In this document: piece after piece, positions 1-10,319 of the stretch
Layout: every line of letters begins with the position of its first letter
How positions within the stretch are numbered: the first letter of the stretch is position 1
NCBI GenBank assembly: GCA_003173865.1
Contig: PJMF01000009.1
Span: 1 to 61,620, forward strand
Reading direction: 5' to 3'
From: Minisyncoccota bacterium
GTDB taxonomy: Bacteria > Patescibacteriota > Microgenomatia > UBA1400 > PJMF01
DNA length: 61,620 bases
Made by a program: the position numbers and the translations under genes
The notes under the pieces: generated by a model
Database searches by the model: none
What the model was told of the DNA's origin: nothing
Seen by the model: only the letters and a program-made list of their open reading frames with translations

Positions 1-1326
1 TATCGTACCGCCGCTGAAAATCATGACAATCAACTCATTCACCAAACTGGTGAACAAATTAAAGGACTTGAAGATGAAAAAAAACATTTAGAAGAGACGC
101 AGAAACGTCTTGCGGCATTTACAGACCAACTCAACAGTCAGGTTGCATTTTTCCAAAAAGAAATTAGTGGCGCTAAAGCGTATCAACAAGATTTAAGTAG
201 TAAAATTGCGGCGCTCTCCGCAAAGCAACAAGAAATTTTGAATGCACGTTCGGGAACATTTACCACGTCAGTAGGAGAAGTTCCGGAAGGTGATGACTTT
301 AATGCATCGATTGCTTTTAAGCCTCAAGCTCCGGGAAATTCTTTTGCCGTATTTAGTTTTGGTGCGTACACACATCGTAAAGGTTTGAGTCAATACGGTG
401 CAAAAGGTCGTGCGATGTCTGGCCAGTCATATAAAGATATTTTGCAAGCATATTATGGCAAACAGCCAGAAAGCCGTGACACTGGCGGAAATATTAATGT
501 TGCTGGCTCAGGTTCCATTAATTTTGAAACAACGTATTTATATGGTGTAGCAGAAATGCCTTCTAGCTATCCGAAAGAAGCGCTCAAGGCACAAGCAGTT
601 GCAGCGCGCACATATGCACTGCGCTACAAACAAAGTGGCGAAACAATTTGTGTTATTGATGGTTGCCCGGGACAAGTTTTTTTGAAGTCGAAGTCACAAA
701 ATCCTCCTGCAGAATGGAAAGCCGCCGTGGATGAAACACGTGGACAGGTCATTCCTGATGTGGTGACGTACTTTTCTGCAACTACTGGTGGGTATGGCAC
801 TCCGGTTGGTTGGGATACGAAGTGCGGCAATAAAAATTGTTGGACTGGTGATGCGTATGAAAAAATTGCTGGCTCACCCTGGTTTTACCGTTCTTGGTAT
901 CGGCAAAATTACTATAATTCTTCGCCAAGTTGTGGCCGAAGTCATCCGTGGCTGTCGCAAGAGGAATTTAGTGACATTATTAATGCATGGATCGTACGCA
1001 ATAATCCAAATGGCGCAGATACTGGTCGTATTCAGCCAATCACAATTAACGATTGTCACGTGGGTGGCGGGGGCGGAAATCCATACTCAATGGCAGAGCT
1101 GCGTGACTTTGCGAACAAAGCTGGGGGAGGTGTCACAAATGTAAATGCAGTTTCTGTAAGTTACACAAATAGTGGGGAAACGGCTACTGTGCACCTTTCC
1201 ACGAATCGCGGCAATATTGATATTTCTGGTAACGACTTTAAAACTATTTTTAATTTACGTGCTCCAGGATACATGTCAATTCCGCAACGGACTTTTTCAT
1301 TCTTTAATATAGAATACAAGTCCTAG
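1..1326 (+). CDS. SpoIID/LytB-domain protein with N-terminal coiled coil (5' truncated by window)
   Basis: Frame is open from base 1 (coiled-coil-like YRTAAEN...QQEIL). SpoIID-like motifs YLYGVAEMPSS..EALKAQAVAARTYA and H.KGLSQYGA.G.A..G.SY.DILQAYY. Confidence 0.8.
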   Translation, partial: YRTAAENHDNQLIHQTGEQIKGLEDEKKHLEETQKRLAAFTDQLNSQVAFFQKEISGAKAYQQDLSSKIAALSAKQQEILNARSGTFTTSVGEVPEGDDFNASIAFKPQAPGNSFAVFSFGAYTHRKGLSQYGAKGRAMSGQSYKDILQAYYGKQPESRDTGGNINVAGSGSINFETTYLYGVAEMPSSYPKEALKAQAVAARTYALRYKQSGETICVIDGCPGQVFLKSKSQNPPAEWKAAVDETRGQVIPDVVTYFSATTGGYGTPVGWDTKCGNKNCWTGDAYEKIAGSPWFYRSWYRQNYYNSSPSCGRSHPWLSQEEFSDIINAWIVRNNPNGADTGRIQPITINDCHVGGGGGNPYSMAELRDFANKAGGGVTNVNAVSVSYTNSGETATVHLSTNRGNIDISGNDFKTIFNLRAPGYMSIPQRTFSFFNIEYKS

Positions 1327-1327
1327 T

Positions 1328-2383
1328 ATGTATGTAGAAGTCATTTCACTTCAACATTTTCGTAATTATACGCAGCGAACGTTTTTCTTTACCAAAAATA
1401 CAACTGTTTTTATCGGTCACAATGCCGCCGGAAAAACTTCTGTGATTGAAGCGATTTCTTTGCTGACGACGGGCGAGAGTTTTCGCGCTGAAAAGATTGA
1501 AGAAATGATTTCGTTCGGACAAGAGATTGGTAGAGTAAAAGGAAAAATAAAAAACGGAGAAGAAACAGAATTGGAAGTGACATTAACGCGCGGAGTTGTT
1601 CAACAACGCAAAACGCAGACACGGCTTTATGCAGTGAATAACGTACGCCGTTTGAAAAAAAACTTCGTGGGAAATTTTTTTACAGTTACATTTCGTCCTG
1701 AAGACATGCGTTTGATTGAAGGGTCTCCGAGCCGGCGTCGTCAGTTCATTGATACATTATTATCAATGACTGATAAAGAATACATGCAATCGCTCAAAAC
1801 GTATGAAGAAGCGTTGAAACGACGAAACCGTTTTTTACAACAAATCAGAGAAGGATTAATGCAGAGGTCTGTTTTAACGTATTGGACGGACCTCATTGTA
1901 AAGCATGGACAAATCGTGCAAGAAAAAAGAAGACAACTTTTTACTTTTTTCCCAACTGTGCAATTTCCTTTTTTACTAGAAATACAGTACTTGCCATCAG
2001 TGATGAGTGAATCACGAATTCAAGAATACGCAGAAAGGGAAATTGCTGCAGGACACACTTTAATTGGTCCACATAAAGATGATTTTGAAGTAGAGTTGAA
2101 GATTGATTCCCATTCTTTAAATATTGCGGCATACGGCTCTCGTGGACAGCAACGTTTAGCAGTGCTGTGGCTTAAAACGTGTGAGTTATCCTATATGCAA
2201 CAACAGACAGGTATCCAGCCAGTGCTTTTGTTAGATGATATACTTTCTGAGTTGGACGCGGAACATCGCCAGGATGTTTTTTCTTTGCTCCAGCGTGGTC
2301 AGTCAATTGTGACAACTACCGAAGAGCGTATGAAAGATGAGATTGAAAAATACATGGGTGACATAGAAATTATTTCTTTATGA
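1328..2383 (+). CDS. recF: DNA replication/repair protein RecF
   Basis: HFRNY, Walker A GHNAAGKT, GSPSRRRQFID, GPHKDD, GSRGQQR, LLLDDILSELD. Confidence 0.95.
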   Translation: MYVEVISLQHFRNYTQRTFFFTKNTTVFIGHNAAGKTSVIEAISLLTTGESFRAEKIEEMISFGQEIGRVKGKIKNGEETELEVTLTRGVVQQRKTQTRLYAVNNVRRLKKNFVGNFFTVTFRPEDMRLIEGSPSRRRQFIDTLLSMTDKEYMQSLKTYEEALKRRNRFLQQIREGLMQRSVLTYWTDLIVKHGQIVQEKRRQLFTFFPTVQFPFLLEIQYLPSVMSESRIQEYAEREIAAGHTLIGPHKDDFEVELKIDSHSLNIAAYGSRGQQRLAVLWLKTCELSYMQQQTGIQPVLLLDDILSELDAEHRQDVFSLLQRGQSIVTTTEERMKDEIEKYMGDIEIISL

Positions 2384-3207
2384 CAATTGCTGATTACTTT
2401 CACCAAATTAAGACGCCGTTATCGGACTCACACAAGGGAGACAACGGCAAGCTATTAATCATCGGTGGATCAGACCTTTTTCATGCAGCGAGTAAATGGA
2501 GTTTGGATGTGGCTTCGAAATTTGTTGACATGGTTTTTTACTCATCAGTGCCTTCAAATAACGAACTCATCATGGAAGCTAAAAAGAATTTTTGGAATGG
2601 TATTGTGATTGCGCGTGAAGATATTGAAAATTATATAGAAGAAGCTGATTGCATTTTAATTGGGCCGGGGATGACACGAGATGCAGAAACAAAGCGCGTC
2701 GTAGATGATTTACTTAAAAAGTATTCGCACAAAAAATGGGTCATTGATGCAGGTGCGTTGCAAGAAGTTGACCCACAGTTGCTCCAACCACAAATGATCA
2801 TTACGCCACATTGGGGTGAGCTAGAAAGAGTTGTTTCCTCACTAAACAAGGATTTTGGAGATTTGAAAAAATTAACCCCCACGAAGTTACAAGAACTGAG
2901 TAAGGAGTTAGGCGGTGTGACGGTTGTTCTCAAAGGTGAAAAAGATTTTGTATTTAATAACGAGGTTTTTGTGGAGGTGAGTGGAGGAAATGCAGGGATG
3001 ACAAAAGGTGGGACCGGGGACGTTTTGGCCGGATTGGTCGCAGGATTATACACAACACAAGAACAGATGGTCTCTGCGGTTGTTGCAAGTGAAGTGAATA
3101 AAAAAGCTGGTGATCGGTTATACGAAAAAGTTGGACCAAACTTTAATGCAAGTGATTTAGTCAATGAAATTCCTACCGCTTTGTGGGACGAGCTTAAGTC
3201 CTCTTAG
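2380..3207 (+). CDS. nnrD: ADP-dependent NAD(P)H-hydrate dehydratase (YjeF C-terminal)
   Basis: SHKGDNGKLLIIGGS, IGPGM, VIDAGAL, ITPHWGE, VLKG, GGTGDVLAG. Confidence 0.9.
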   Translation: MTIADYFHQIKTPLSDSHKGDNGKLLIIGGSDLFHAASKWSLDVASKFVDMVFYSSVPSNNELIMEAKKNFWNGIVIAREDIENYIEEADCILIGPGMTRDAETKRVVDDLLKKYSHKKWVIDAGALQEVDPQLLQPQMIITPHWGELERVVSSLNKDFGDLKKLTPTKLQELSKELGGVTVVLKGEKDFVFNNEVFVEVSGGNAGMTKGGTGDVLAGLVAGLYTTQEQMVSAVVASEVNKKAGDRLYEKVGPNFNASDLVNEIPTALWDELKSS

Positions 3208-3490
3208 TAACTTTTTCGTGAAGATTTTCGATTCTTTTTTGTAAAAACGTCAGCTGCATCATTACAAGAATTGCAATGAACGTGATTGTAAAGGCGTAAA
3301 TAAATTGAGAGGCGATGCCACTACTTTTTCCAAAGTAAGGATCAATGTAACTTTCAACAATTTTCTTGACAAAGTCATTCCATGCAAGTGCGACAACCAA
3401 ACCAAAACCGCTTGTGGCAAGCATGATCATGTTTCGCACAAGTGAGAGTGGCAACTCGGTAATTTTTTCTGGAGCTTCAAGATCGGACAT
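3194..3490 (-). CDS. small two-TM membrane protein (DUF5654-like)
   Basis: LATSGFGLVVALAWND motif. Start moved to ATG 3490, which lies 6 nt after a TATAAT. Confidence 0.7.
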   Translation of the reverse strand: MSDLEAPEKITELPLSLVRNMIMLATSGFGLVVALAWNDFVKKIVESYIDPYFGKSSGIASQFIYAFTITFIAILVMMQLTFLQKRIENLHEKVTKRT

Positions 3491-3515
3491 AGGGATATTA
3501 TACACAAAATCTGTA

Positions 3516-3544
3516 TTGACATAATTATATGAATTGATATAATT
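3516..3544 (+). promoter_or_regulatory. sigma70 promoter of the TA operon, overlapped by a palindromic operator
   Basis: TTGACA 3516-3521, 16-nt spacer, TATAAT 3538-3543. Near-perfect palindrome AATTATAT-gaattg-ATATAATT at 3523-3544. Confidence 0.75.
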
Positions 3545-3549
3545 CTGTT

Positions 3550-3879
3550 GTGTCAATTCCATTTAATATACCGCCAGGAAATGCAGGAACTCCCTCTATA
3601 ACTATAAGTATGATGGAGCTCCGCCAGAAAGCGGGTGAACTCGTAAATCAAACGTATTATCAAGGTCAAAGTTTTCTTGTCAAACGTGCAGGACAAGTGA
3701 TGGTCGCTATCATTCCAGCTTCTGAATATCGCGAAGTTCAGCGTATTAAGCAGGAATCTAGAGATCGTTTTTTTGCTACTACTGACGAAGTTCGCCAACG
3801 AGTATCAAAGTCTGGAGTGAGTGATAAAGAACTTCAAAATGATATTGATGAAGCTGTGGCGGAATCAAGGAAAGCGTGA
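3550..3879 (+). CDS. Phd/YefM-family antitoxin
   Basis: ISMMELRQKAGELVN..Y.GQSFLVKRAGQVMVAIIP is the Phd fold pattern. Overlaps the PIN gene (GTGA). Confidence 0.8.
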   Translation: MSIPFNIPPGNAGTPSITISMMELRQKAGELVNQTYYQGQSFLVKRAGQVMVAIIPASEYREVQRIKQESRDRFFATTDEVRQRVSKSGVSDKELQNDIDEAVAESRKA

Positions 3880-4304
3880 AAATTGTCCTTGATACCAATG
3901 TTTTGATTTCCGCTGTGATAAAAAAATCGCCAACCATAAGAGCGGTGTTAGATGCATGTAGAGATGGAAATATTACACTTGTCCTCTCGAGACCAATTCT
4001 CCAAGAGTTTGGGCGAGTTATGCATAAACCAAATATTCAAAAATATCACCAAATGACTGATGCGCAAATTAGTCAATATATTTCTGATCTAAGTACATTT
4101 GTAGAACTTGCTGAGGGGACTACTCCAATTGAAGTATCTCAAGATCCTAAAGATAATATGTTTTTTTCTTGTGCTGTTGAGTCAGGTGCTGATTACCTTG
4201 TGAGTGGAGATGAGAAGCACATCCTTTCTATTCCGGTGTATCAAGGTGTGAAGACAATGAGTCCGACCCAATTTGTTCAAGAAGTTCTGAAAATTACTAG
4301 ATAA
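3876..4304 (+). CDS. PIN-domain (VapC-like) toxin
   Basis: KIVLDTNVLISA, ILQEF, DPKDNMFFSCA, DYLVSGDEKHIL. Confidence 0.9.
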   Translation: MKIVLDTNVLISAVIKKSPTIRAVLDACRDGNITLVLSRPILQEFGRVMHKPNIQKYHQMTDAQISQYISDLSTFVELAEGTTPIEVSQDPKDNMFFSCAVESGADYLVSGDEKHILSIPVYQGVKTMSPTQFVQEVLKITR

Positions 4305-4356
4305 AGTGATTTTTTCCCTGCATATTTTGCGGTAATTTGCGTTATACTAAGCTCGC

Positions 4357-5451
4357 ATGTATCAACCGAATTTTTCCATCACCAATAATTTGCTTACGTA
4401 TATTTCTAAAATTGAAGCTGCAAAGGCGATCATTGATCACGCAGCATTAGTTCCTGCGTGGGAAGCAAAGTTTCGCGACGATGCTTTAACTCGCACCGTG
4501 CATTTTGGCACTAAAATCGAAGGCAATGATTTAACAAAAGAGCAAGCTGAGCAGGTCGTACGTTTGGATAACTTAGTTGATCCAAAATTGATTGAGGAGC
4601 GAGCGGGCTTTATAGCCCGCGAGCGTGACATCCAAGAAGTCATTAATTATCGAAACGTCATGCAGTGGATCGATCAGTGGGAAAAATTTGTAAAGGACTC
4701 ATCTTCTTTTTCAGAAGATATTTTAAAAACATTACACAAACTAACGACGTACAAAATTATTGATACGCAGTACGTGGGAAGTTATCGTGATAAACAAGTG
4801 GTGGTGCGCAGTGCGACAGATGGTTCAGTCGTTTTTCGTCCACCAGTGTCAGCCGAAATTCCATTTCATGTTGATGACTTTTTTCAATGGTTAAACTCTG
4901 GGGAAAGTCGGCAAATTCATCCTATTTTTAAAGCCGCGATTACGCATTATCAACTTGTTTATATTCATCCGTTCATTGAAGGAAATGGCCGTACTGCGCG
5001 TGCAATGACCACACTCGTAATGTATAGCTCTGACTATGACTTTAAAAAGTTTTTTTCCATTGAAAAATACTTTGATGACGATGTCGAAAAATATTACCAA
5101 GCGCTCCTTTCCGTTCAACAACAATCAACGAATGATCTGACGTATTGGTTAGAGTATTTTTGTTATGGACTCGCAATCGAAATTGATAAAGTGAAACAGC
5201 AAGTGTTGAAACTTTCTAAAGACTTAAAACTGAAAAAAGAATTGGGTGAGCAAGTTGCTCTCTCTGAACGACAAATTGTGTTGTTGGAGCTCTTCCATAC
5301 ACAGGGAGAAATTACCTCTCAGGATGCACAATATGTACTTCCCAATGTATCAGTAGATACAATTTTGCGTGATATAAAGGACTTATTAGATAAAGGGGTG
5401 ATTGTTAAAAAAGGTGTCACTAAAGGAGTGAAGTATTCATTGAGAGAGTAA
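4357..5451 (+). CDS. Fic-family protein with C-terminal winged HTH
   Basis: HPFIEGNGRTAR Fic motif; N-terminal TKIEGN inhibitory-type motif; C-terminal VSVDTILRDIKDLLDKG..KKG HTH. Confidence 0.92.
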   Translation: MYQPNFSITNNLLTYISKIEAAKAIIDHAALVPAWEAKFRDDALTRTVHFGTKIEGNDLTKEQAEQVVRLDNLVDPKLIEERAGFIARERDIQEVINYRNVMQWIDQWEKFVKDSSSFSEDILKTLHKLTTYKIIDTQYVGSYRDKQVVVRSATDGSVVFRPPVSAEIPFHVDDFFQWLNSGESRQIHPIFKAAITHYQLVYIHPFIEGNGRTARAMTTLVMYSSDYDFKKFFSIEKYFDDDVEKYYQALLSVQQQSTNDLTYWLEYFCYGLAIEIDKVKQQVLKLSKDLKLKKELGEQVALSERQIVLLELFHTQGEITSQDAQYVLPNVSVDTILRDIKDLLDKGVIVKKGVTKGVKYSLRE

Positions 5452-5453
5452 TT

Positions 5454-7250
5454 ATGCAGTTTTCCACATTTTCTAGTTATCTCCAAAAATTAGAAGGCAT
5501 TTCTTCAAGGTTAGAAATTACGGCGGTACTTGCCGAACTTTTTCAAAAGTTAGAAAGCGACGAAATCGCGGAAAGTTGTTACTTGATGCAAGGTCAATTA
5601 TTACCACCGTATCAATCGCGTGAGTTCCAAATTGCGGTGAAAACGGTTTTGAAAGCCCTTGCTCGTTTACAAAAAACTGCTGCCATAAATACGGCAACTC
5701 TCTTTGGTGAACAAGATTATTTTGAGCAAGAAAAATTAGTCGAACAAAAGTATAAAAAACTTGGAGATCTTGGTTTGCTCGCCGAAGAAATTTTAAAAAA
5801 TGCTGTCACTCAACAGCACAATTTTTCAATTCAACAAGCGTACCAACATTTATTTTTAATTGCACAAGAAAGTGGAGATCAATCTCAGCAACGCAAGTTG
5901 AATGGCTTACTTGAGCTTCTTAAAAAAGTTGATCCCATTTCTGCCAAATTCATCATCCGGATTATTTTAGGTCGTTTGCGTTTGGGTTTTTCTGATATGA
6001 CAATCATCGATGCGTTGTCATGGGCAATGACGGGTAATAAATCTGAAAGTGAACTTCTGGAAGATGCGTATCAAAAAAAAGCAGACATTGGGAAGCTTGC
6101 GGAGTTTTATTTACAGCAAAGTGATCTCACTACTCGTCACACTGCCCTGCAAAATTACAAAGTTGAGGTGGGTGTGCCGGTGATCCCAGCATTATGTCAG
6201 CGTCTCAACTCAGCCGTAGAAATGATTGAAAAAATGCATGACGTCATTGCAGAGCCAAAGTACGATGGCCTACGTGTGCAAATTCATGTGATAAAAAAAG
6301 ATGGACAAATCAATATAAAAACATTCACTCGCAATCTGGAAGAAACCTCGCACATGTTTCCCGAACTCGCAACAGCAGCCCAAAATCTTCACTGTGAGAG
6401 TTGTATTTTAGATGCCGAAGCAATTGGATATGATCCTTCTACTGGTCACCTTTTACCATTTCAACAAACAATTCAACGTAAACGAAAACACGACATTACT
6501 GAGAAATCAAAAGAAGTTCCAGTACGTTTTTATGTTTTTGATATTTTAAGTTTAGAGGGAGAAGACTTGTTACAAGTTCCGCTCTTTGAACGTAAGAAAA
6601 AGTTACATGCATTGTTCCGGGAAGATCATATTCTGTATCACTCACCGGAAATCCGAACATCTGATCCAGTTCAATTACACACATATCATGAAGAAAATTT
6701 AGCAGAAGGTTTGGAAGGAGTAGTGGTAAAACAAGCTGCCTCGCCATATCAAAGTGGACGCAAAGGCTGGAGCTGGGTCAAAATCAAAGAAGCTGAAGGA
6801 ACTTCTGGAAAATTATCTGACACGATTGATGTGGTGGTGCTGGGATATTATTTTGGGAGAGGGAAACGCACTGAGTTTGGTTTAGGAGCAATTTTAGTTG
6901 GTGTTATAAAGGATGATTCTGTATTTACGATCGCCAAAATTGGGACTGGCTTGACGGATGAAACGTTAAGAGAAATGCAGAAACGTTGTCAGAACTTAGC
7001 GACGACAGTGATGCCAAAAGCATATGTTGTCAACAAGTCATTGCAACCTGATGTGTGGTGTATTCCGCAACTAGTAGTTGAAGTAGCAGCTGATGAATTG
7101 ACTGATTCACCGCTCCATTCCGCTGGATTGGCGTTGCGTTTTCCGCGTTTAGTTAAGTTTCGCGACGATAAACAATGGCAGCAAGCAACGACCTTAGAAG
7201 AATTAAAACAAATTAAAGTACATCAACCTGTGCAAGCAACTTCTCTTTAG
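5454..7250 (+). CDS. lig: ATP-dependent DNA ligase (archaeal/LigB-like: DBD, adenylation and OB domains)
   Basis: EPKYDGLRVQIH, ILDAE, FYVFDIL, EGVVVK, WVKIK, LRFPRLVKFRDDK. Confidence 0.93.
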   Translation: MQFSTFSSYLQKLEGISSRLEITAVLAELFQKLESDEIAESCYLMQGQLLPPYQSREFQIAVKTVLKALARLQKTAAINTATLFGEQDYFEQEKLVEQKYKKLGDLGLLAEEILKNAVTQQHNFSIQQAYQHLFLIAQESGDQSQQRKLNGLLELLKKVDPISAKFIIRIILGRLRLGFSDMTIIDALSWAMTGNKSESELLEDAYQKKADIGKLAEFYLQQSDLTTRHTALQNYKVEVGVPVIPALCQRLNSAVEMIEKMHDVIAEPKYDGLRVQIHVIKKDGQINIKTFTRNLEETSHMFPELATAAQNLHCESCILDAEAIGYDPSTGHLLPFQQTIQRKRKHDITEKSKEVPVRFYVFDILSLEGEDLLQVPLFERKKKLHALFREDHILYHSPEIRTSDPVQLHTYHEENLAEGLEGVVVKQAASPYQSGRKGWSWVKIKEAEGTSGKLSDTIDVVVLGYYFGRGKRTEFGLGAILVGVIKDDSVFTIAKIGTGLTDETLREMQKRCQNLATTVMPKAYVVNKSLQPDVWCIPQLVVEVAADELTDSPLHSAGLALRFPRLVKFRDDKQWQQATTLEELKQIKVHQPVQATSL

Positions 7251-8304
7251 ATTTTTTATTATACTCAGCGAGTGTTTCTAAATTTTTGTGAAATGAAGTA
7301 AGTTCTTCCGGGTGAGCAATGATCCGTTTAATCAGCTTTCCAGCTTTTAAGGGATTTTCTTCGACATATCCCAACTTATACTCGCGGATTAAGTCTAAGT
7401 TACCGTCTTCTTGTCCCGCCACGTGTGTGATTGCAAAGAATGGCGTCAACGTCGCAACTGATTCAAAGAGTGTATTTGGTCCGGCTTTACCCACAATTAA
7501 ATCGGCTGCTTGCATGTACAAATGCAGTTGTTTTGTGAACTGCAAAGGAATGACTTCACACTTACTATGCATCTTTTTCAAGATATTACTTAATGCCTTT
7601 GCACTTCTGAAAAGAGTTTTATTATTGCCGCAAGCAATGACAATTTGGAGTGGTCGTTTGACTGCAATTAAGTAAGGGAGAATGGTTCCGATAATATTTG
7701 TTCCTTCTGAGCCAGAAGTAATGACAAACGTCAAAATTTTTTCTTGGAGCCGAAGTTGTTTGCGCACTTGATCTTTTTGATATGTCTCTTCGAAGTTTTT
7801 CCTGACTAGCCATCCGGTTTGGTGCAGAGATGCTTGGGGTGAAAGTTTTTTTGCAACGTTGATTGATTTTTGATCAAAAACGAGATTGCTACGAGCTTTT
7901 CCGGAAATGAGCAATGGATGAATTGTCCATGGGTCAGTGATGACGTTAAGTAATGGCAATTGATACTTTGTCGCGAGATGTTCAAGTGTCCAGTTGTACA
8001 TTACAAAAGTGTTAATCAAAATATCAGGCTTGTGTTTTTCAATGAATTCACTCACTTCTGCTAAATAGCGCTCCAAATAAAATTTAGAAGAAAACTTCAT
8101 GACATGTTTATTTTGGCTAAGCATGAAAGGCAGTTTGTAACCAGAAGGAAAAAACTGATACAGAAAAACATACACATTCATTAAGTCGTCACGCTTATAA
8201 AAAACTCTCACATCATACTTGTGATGAAGTGCTTCAGATACTGCCTCAGCAATGCTTTGATGGCCTTCACTCGTTGTAAAAATAGCAACGACTTTTTTTG
8301 ACAC
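7213..8304 (-). CDS. MGDG-synthase-like GT28 glycosyltransferase
   Basis: EGHQSIAEA, VITD, ACGNN, MQAADLIVGKAGPNTLFES, GQEDGN. Start GTG 8304 lies 6 nt after TACAAT. Confidence 0.85.
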   Translation of the reverse strand: MSKKVVAIFTTSEGHQSIAEAVSEALHHKYDVRVFYKRDDLMNVYVFLYQFFPSGYKLPFMLSQNKHVMKFSSKFYLERYLAEVSEFIEKHKPDILINTFVMYNWTLEHLATKYQLPLLNVITDPWTIHPLLISGKARSNLVFDQKSINVAKKLSPQASLHQTGWLVRKNFEETYQKDQVRKQLRLQEKILTFVITSGSEGTNIIGTILPYLIAVKRPLQIVIACGNNKTLFRSAKALSNILKKMHSKCEVIPLQFTKQLHLYMQAADLIVGKAGPNTLFESVATLTPFFAITHVAGQEDGNLDLIREYKLGYVEENPLKAGKLIKRIIAHPEELTSFHKNLETLAEYNKKSKEKLLAQVDVL

Positions 8305-8341
8305 TCTGATATTGTACAGAAGACTCGGTATAATAGAAAGG

Positions 8342-8881
8342 ATGATGAACACTCATTTTTTATTTGGTCTGGGAAATCCAGGCAGGGAATATCAATATAC
8401 ACGTCATAACGTTGGCTTTGATGTGGCTGATTTTGTCGTTCGTCAACAAAACGGTCATTGGCAGTCAAGTCCTAAACTGCATGCTGAAGTGGCAAAGGTG
8501 GATCGATTGATAGTGGCAAAGCCGCAAACGTTTATGAATAATTCGGGGCAAGCTGTGCGGGCAGTGATTGATTACTATGACAAACAACATTTGGGAGAAA
8601 TTTTTGTTGCGCATGATGATCTTGATATTGGGTTAGGTACCTTTAAAGTCCAGTTTGGGACTGGACCAAAAATTCACAACGGTTTGAGTTCAATTTACCA
8701 ACATTTAGGTACACACGATTTTTGGCACATTCGAATCGGAGTGGATGGCCGAAAAGGAGATCGAAGTATGCCTGGGCATGCATACGTCTTGTCGCAGTTT
8801 TCTGATGATGAAAGAGTAATCCTGAACAAAGTGATTGAACAAGCAGTACAGGTTGCATTAAGACAACTTCAATACTCATGA
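8342..8881 (+). CDS. pth: peptidyl-tRNA hydrolase
   Basis: GLGNPG.EY..TRHNVGF, KPQTFMNNSG, AHDDLD, HNGL, IRIGV. Confidence 0.95.
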   Translation: MMNTHFLFGLGNPGREYQYTRHNVGFDVADFVVRQQNGHWQSSPKLHAEVAKVDRLIVAKPQTFMNNSGQAVRAVIDYYDKQHLGEIFVAHDDLDIGLGTFKVQFGTGPKIHNGLSSIYQHLGTHDFWHIRIGVDGRKGDRSMPGHAYVLSQFSDDERVILNKVIEQAVQVALRQLQYS

Positions 8882-9186
8882 AAAAAACTTCTTCCTCTAC
8901 ATCCACCGCCACTTTACTCCCCGCAAATAGTCTGTTTGCCGGATACACATTGCAAGATAAAGGTGGCTACATTACTCAAGAATTTCAAGACTTTGGGTAT
9001 CGTTTAGCGCTAGCTTTAGATGACAAAAGTCATGTCAGTTTATACATAAGGTTAGCGAAGAAAGAGCCTCGCATATTACTTGAAAGAGCTCTCAGTTTTG
9101 TTACTGATTCCAAAACAGTCAAAAGTAAAGCAAAATTATTTATGTGGAAGTTGAAGCAAATAAAAATGGAAAAAAAAGCCGCATGA
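8878..9186 (+). CDS. hypothetical protein
   Basis: ATGA overlaps on both sides; plausible small helical protein. Confidence 0.65.
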   Translation: MKKTSSSTSTATLLPANSLFAGYTLQDKGGYITQEFQDFGYRLALALDDKSHVSLYIRLAKKEPRILLERALSFVTDSKTVKSKAKLFMWKLKQIKMEKKAA

Positions 9187-10319
9187 AAATCGGTACAGTA
9201 CTTTTCATTCTTGTGTTACTTATTACAGCAGTTGGATTGGGATGGGCGAAGTATCACTATACGAGTGCTACTCCGGCAGTTATTAATTCTCCAAAACCAA
9301 CTGCGCAATTGATTACGTCTCCACCAACTAACAAAATCACACTTTCTCCTAAACAAAAAATTGCTCAAATGATCGCGCTGCCAGTGCGAGTTTCAAGGAA
9401 TAGTGCAACGGTTTCCGCATCTTTAAACACAGTCATACAAAATGATCCAGGTTTTGTGATTCTTTTTGGTAATAAAATTTCTGCGAGTGCCGCCGCGCAA
9501 GTTATTCACTCTATTTCTTCGCAATCGGCTGCGCCGATTGCTCCAGTGTTTGGAGTTGATCATGAAGGGGGAACAGTCCAACGATTAACTGGAAAAGGTT
9601 TTACCACTTTACCTAATTGGCAAACACTTTGTGCCAAAACATCTGAAGAAAAACAACAGCTCTTCACAAAATCGGCAGCAGAACTTGCCCAAGTAGGAAT
9701 ACAGATTGTCTTTGGACCTGTGGTAGATGTGGCAACAGACAATCATGTATTACAGAACAGAATTTGTAGTGACGATCCTGCAACAGTAGAAACAAATGCA
9801 AGACTTTGGTTGCAAATATTTAGTAACGCCGGAATTACTTCTGTGATTAAACATTACCCAGGAATTGGTTCAAGTACAAAAGATTTGCATAAAGAATTTG
9901 AAGCATTACATGTTTCACCAGCAGAAACCGCTGTGTTCACTCATCTTCTCAAAGAATTTCCACATGCGGCAGTGATGATTTCTCATGCAGGTGTCACGGA
10001 GAAAAATCCTGACACACCGTGTTCTTTGAGCAGCTCCTGTATTGCGGAACTGCGCACAGCAGCTCCCGACGCGCTTGTTTTTAGTGACGCAATTCAAATG
10101 TTAACAACGCAAACGAAAAGTGCGTCAACGCTGAGCGATCTTGCAACTCAGGCAATTCTTGCGGGAAATGATGTCATTGTTTTTGATACAAGTATTACGC
10201 AGTCTCAACTCGCTGATCTCCAAGCACAGTTAGTGATGGCATATCAAAATAATGTTACTTTCCAAAAGCGAGTAGATGAAAGTGTGCAAAAAATTATTAA
10301 GAAAAAACAAACACCATGA
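9183..10319 (+). CDS. membrane-anchored GH3 beta-N-acetylhexosaminidase (NagZ-like)
   Basis: N-terminal TM; GVDHEGGTVQRL, GPVVDV, KHYPGIG....DLH, VFSDA, AGNDVI. Confidence 0.85.
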   Translation: MKIGTVLFILVLLITAVGLGWAKYHYTSATPAVINSPKPTAQLITSPPTNKITLSPKQKIAQMIALPVRVSRNSATVSASLNTVIQNDPGFVILFGNKISASAAAQVIHSISSQSAAPIAPVFGVDHEGGTVQRLTGKGFTTLPNWQTLCAKTSEEKQQLFTKSAAELAQVGIQIVFGPVVDVATDNHVLQNRICSDDPATVETNARLWLQIFSNAGITSVIKHYPGIGSSTKDLHKEFEALHVSPAETAVFTHLLKEFPHAAVMISHAGVTEKNPDTPCSLSSSCIAELRTAAPDALVFSDAIQMLTTQTKSASTLSDLATQAILAGNDVIVFDTSITQSQLADLQAQLVMAYQNNVTFQKRVDESVQKIIKKKQTP

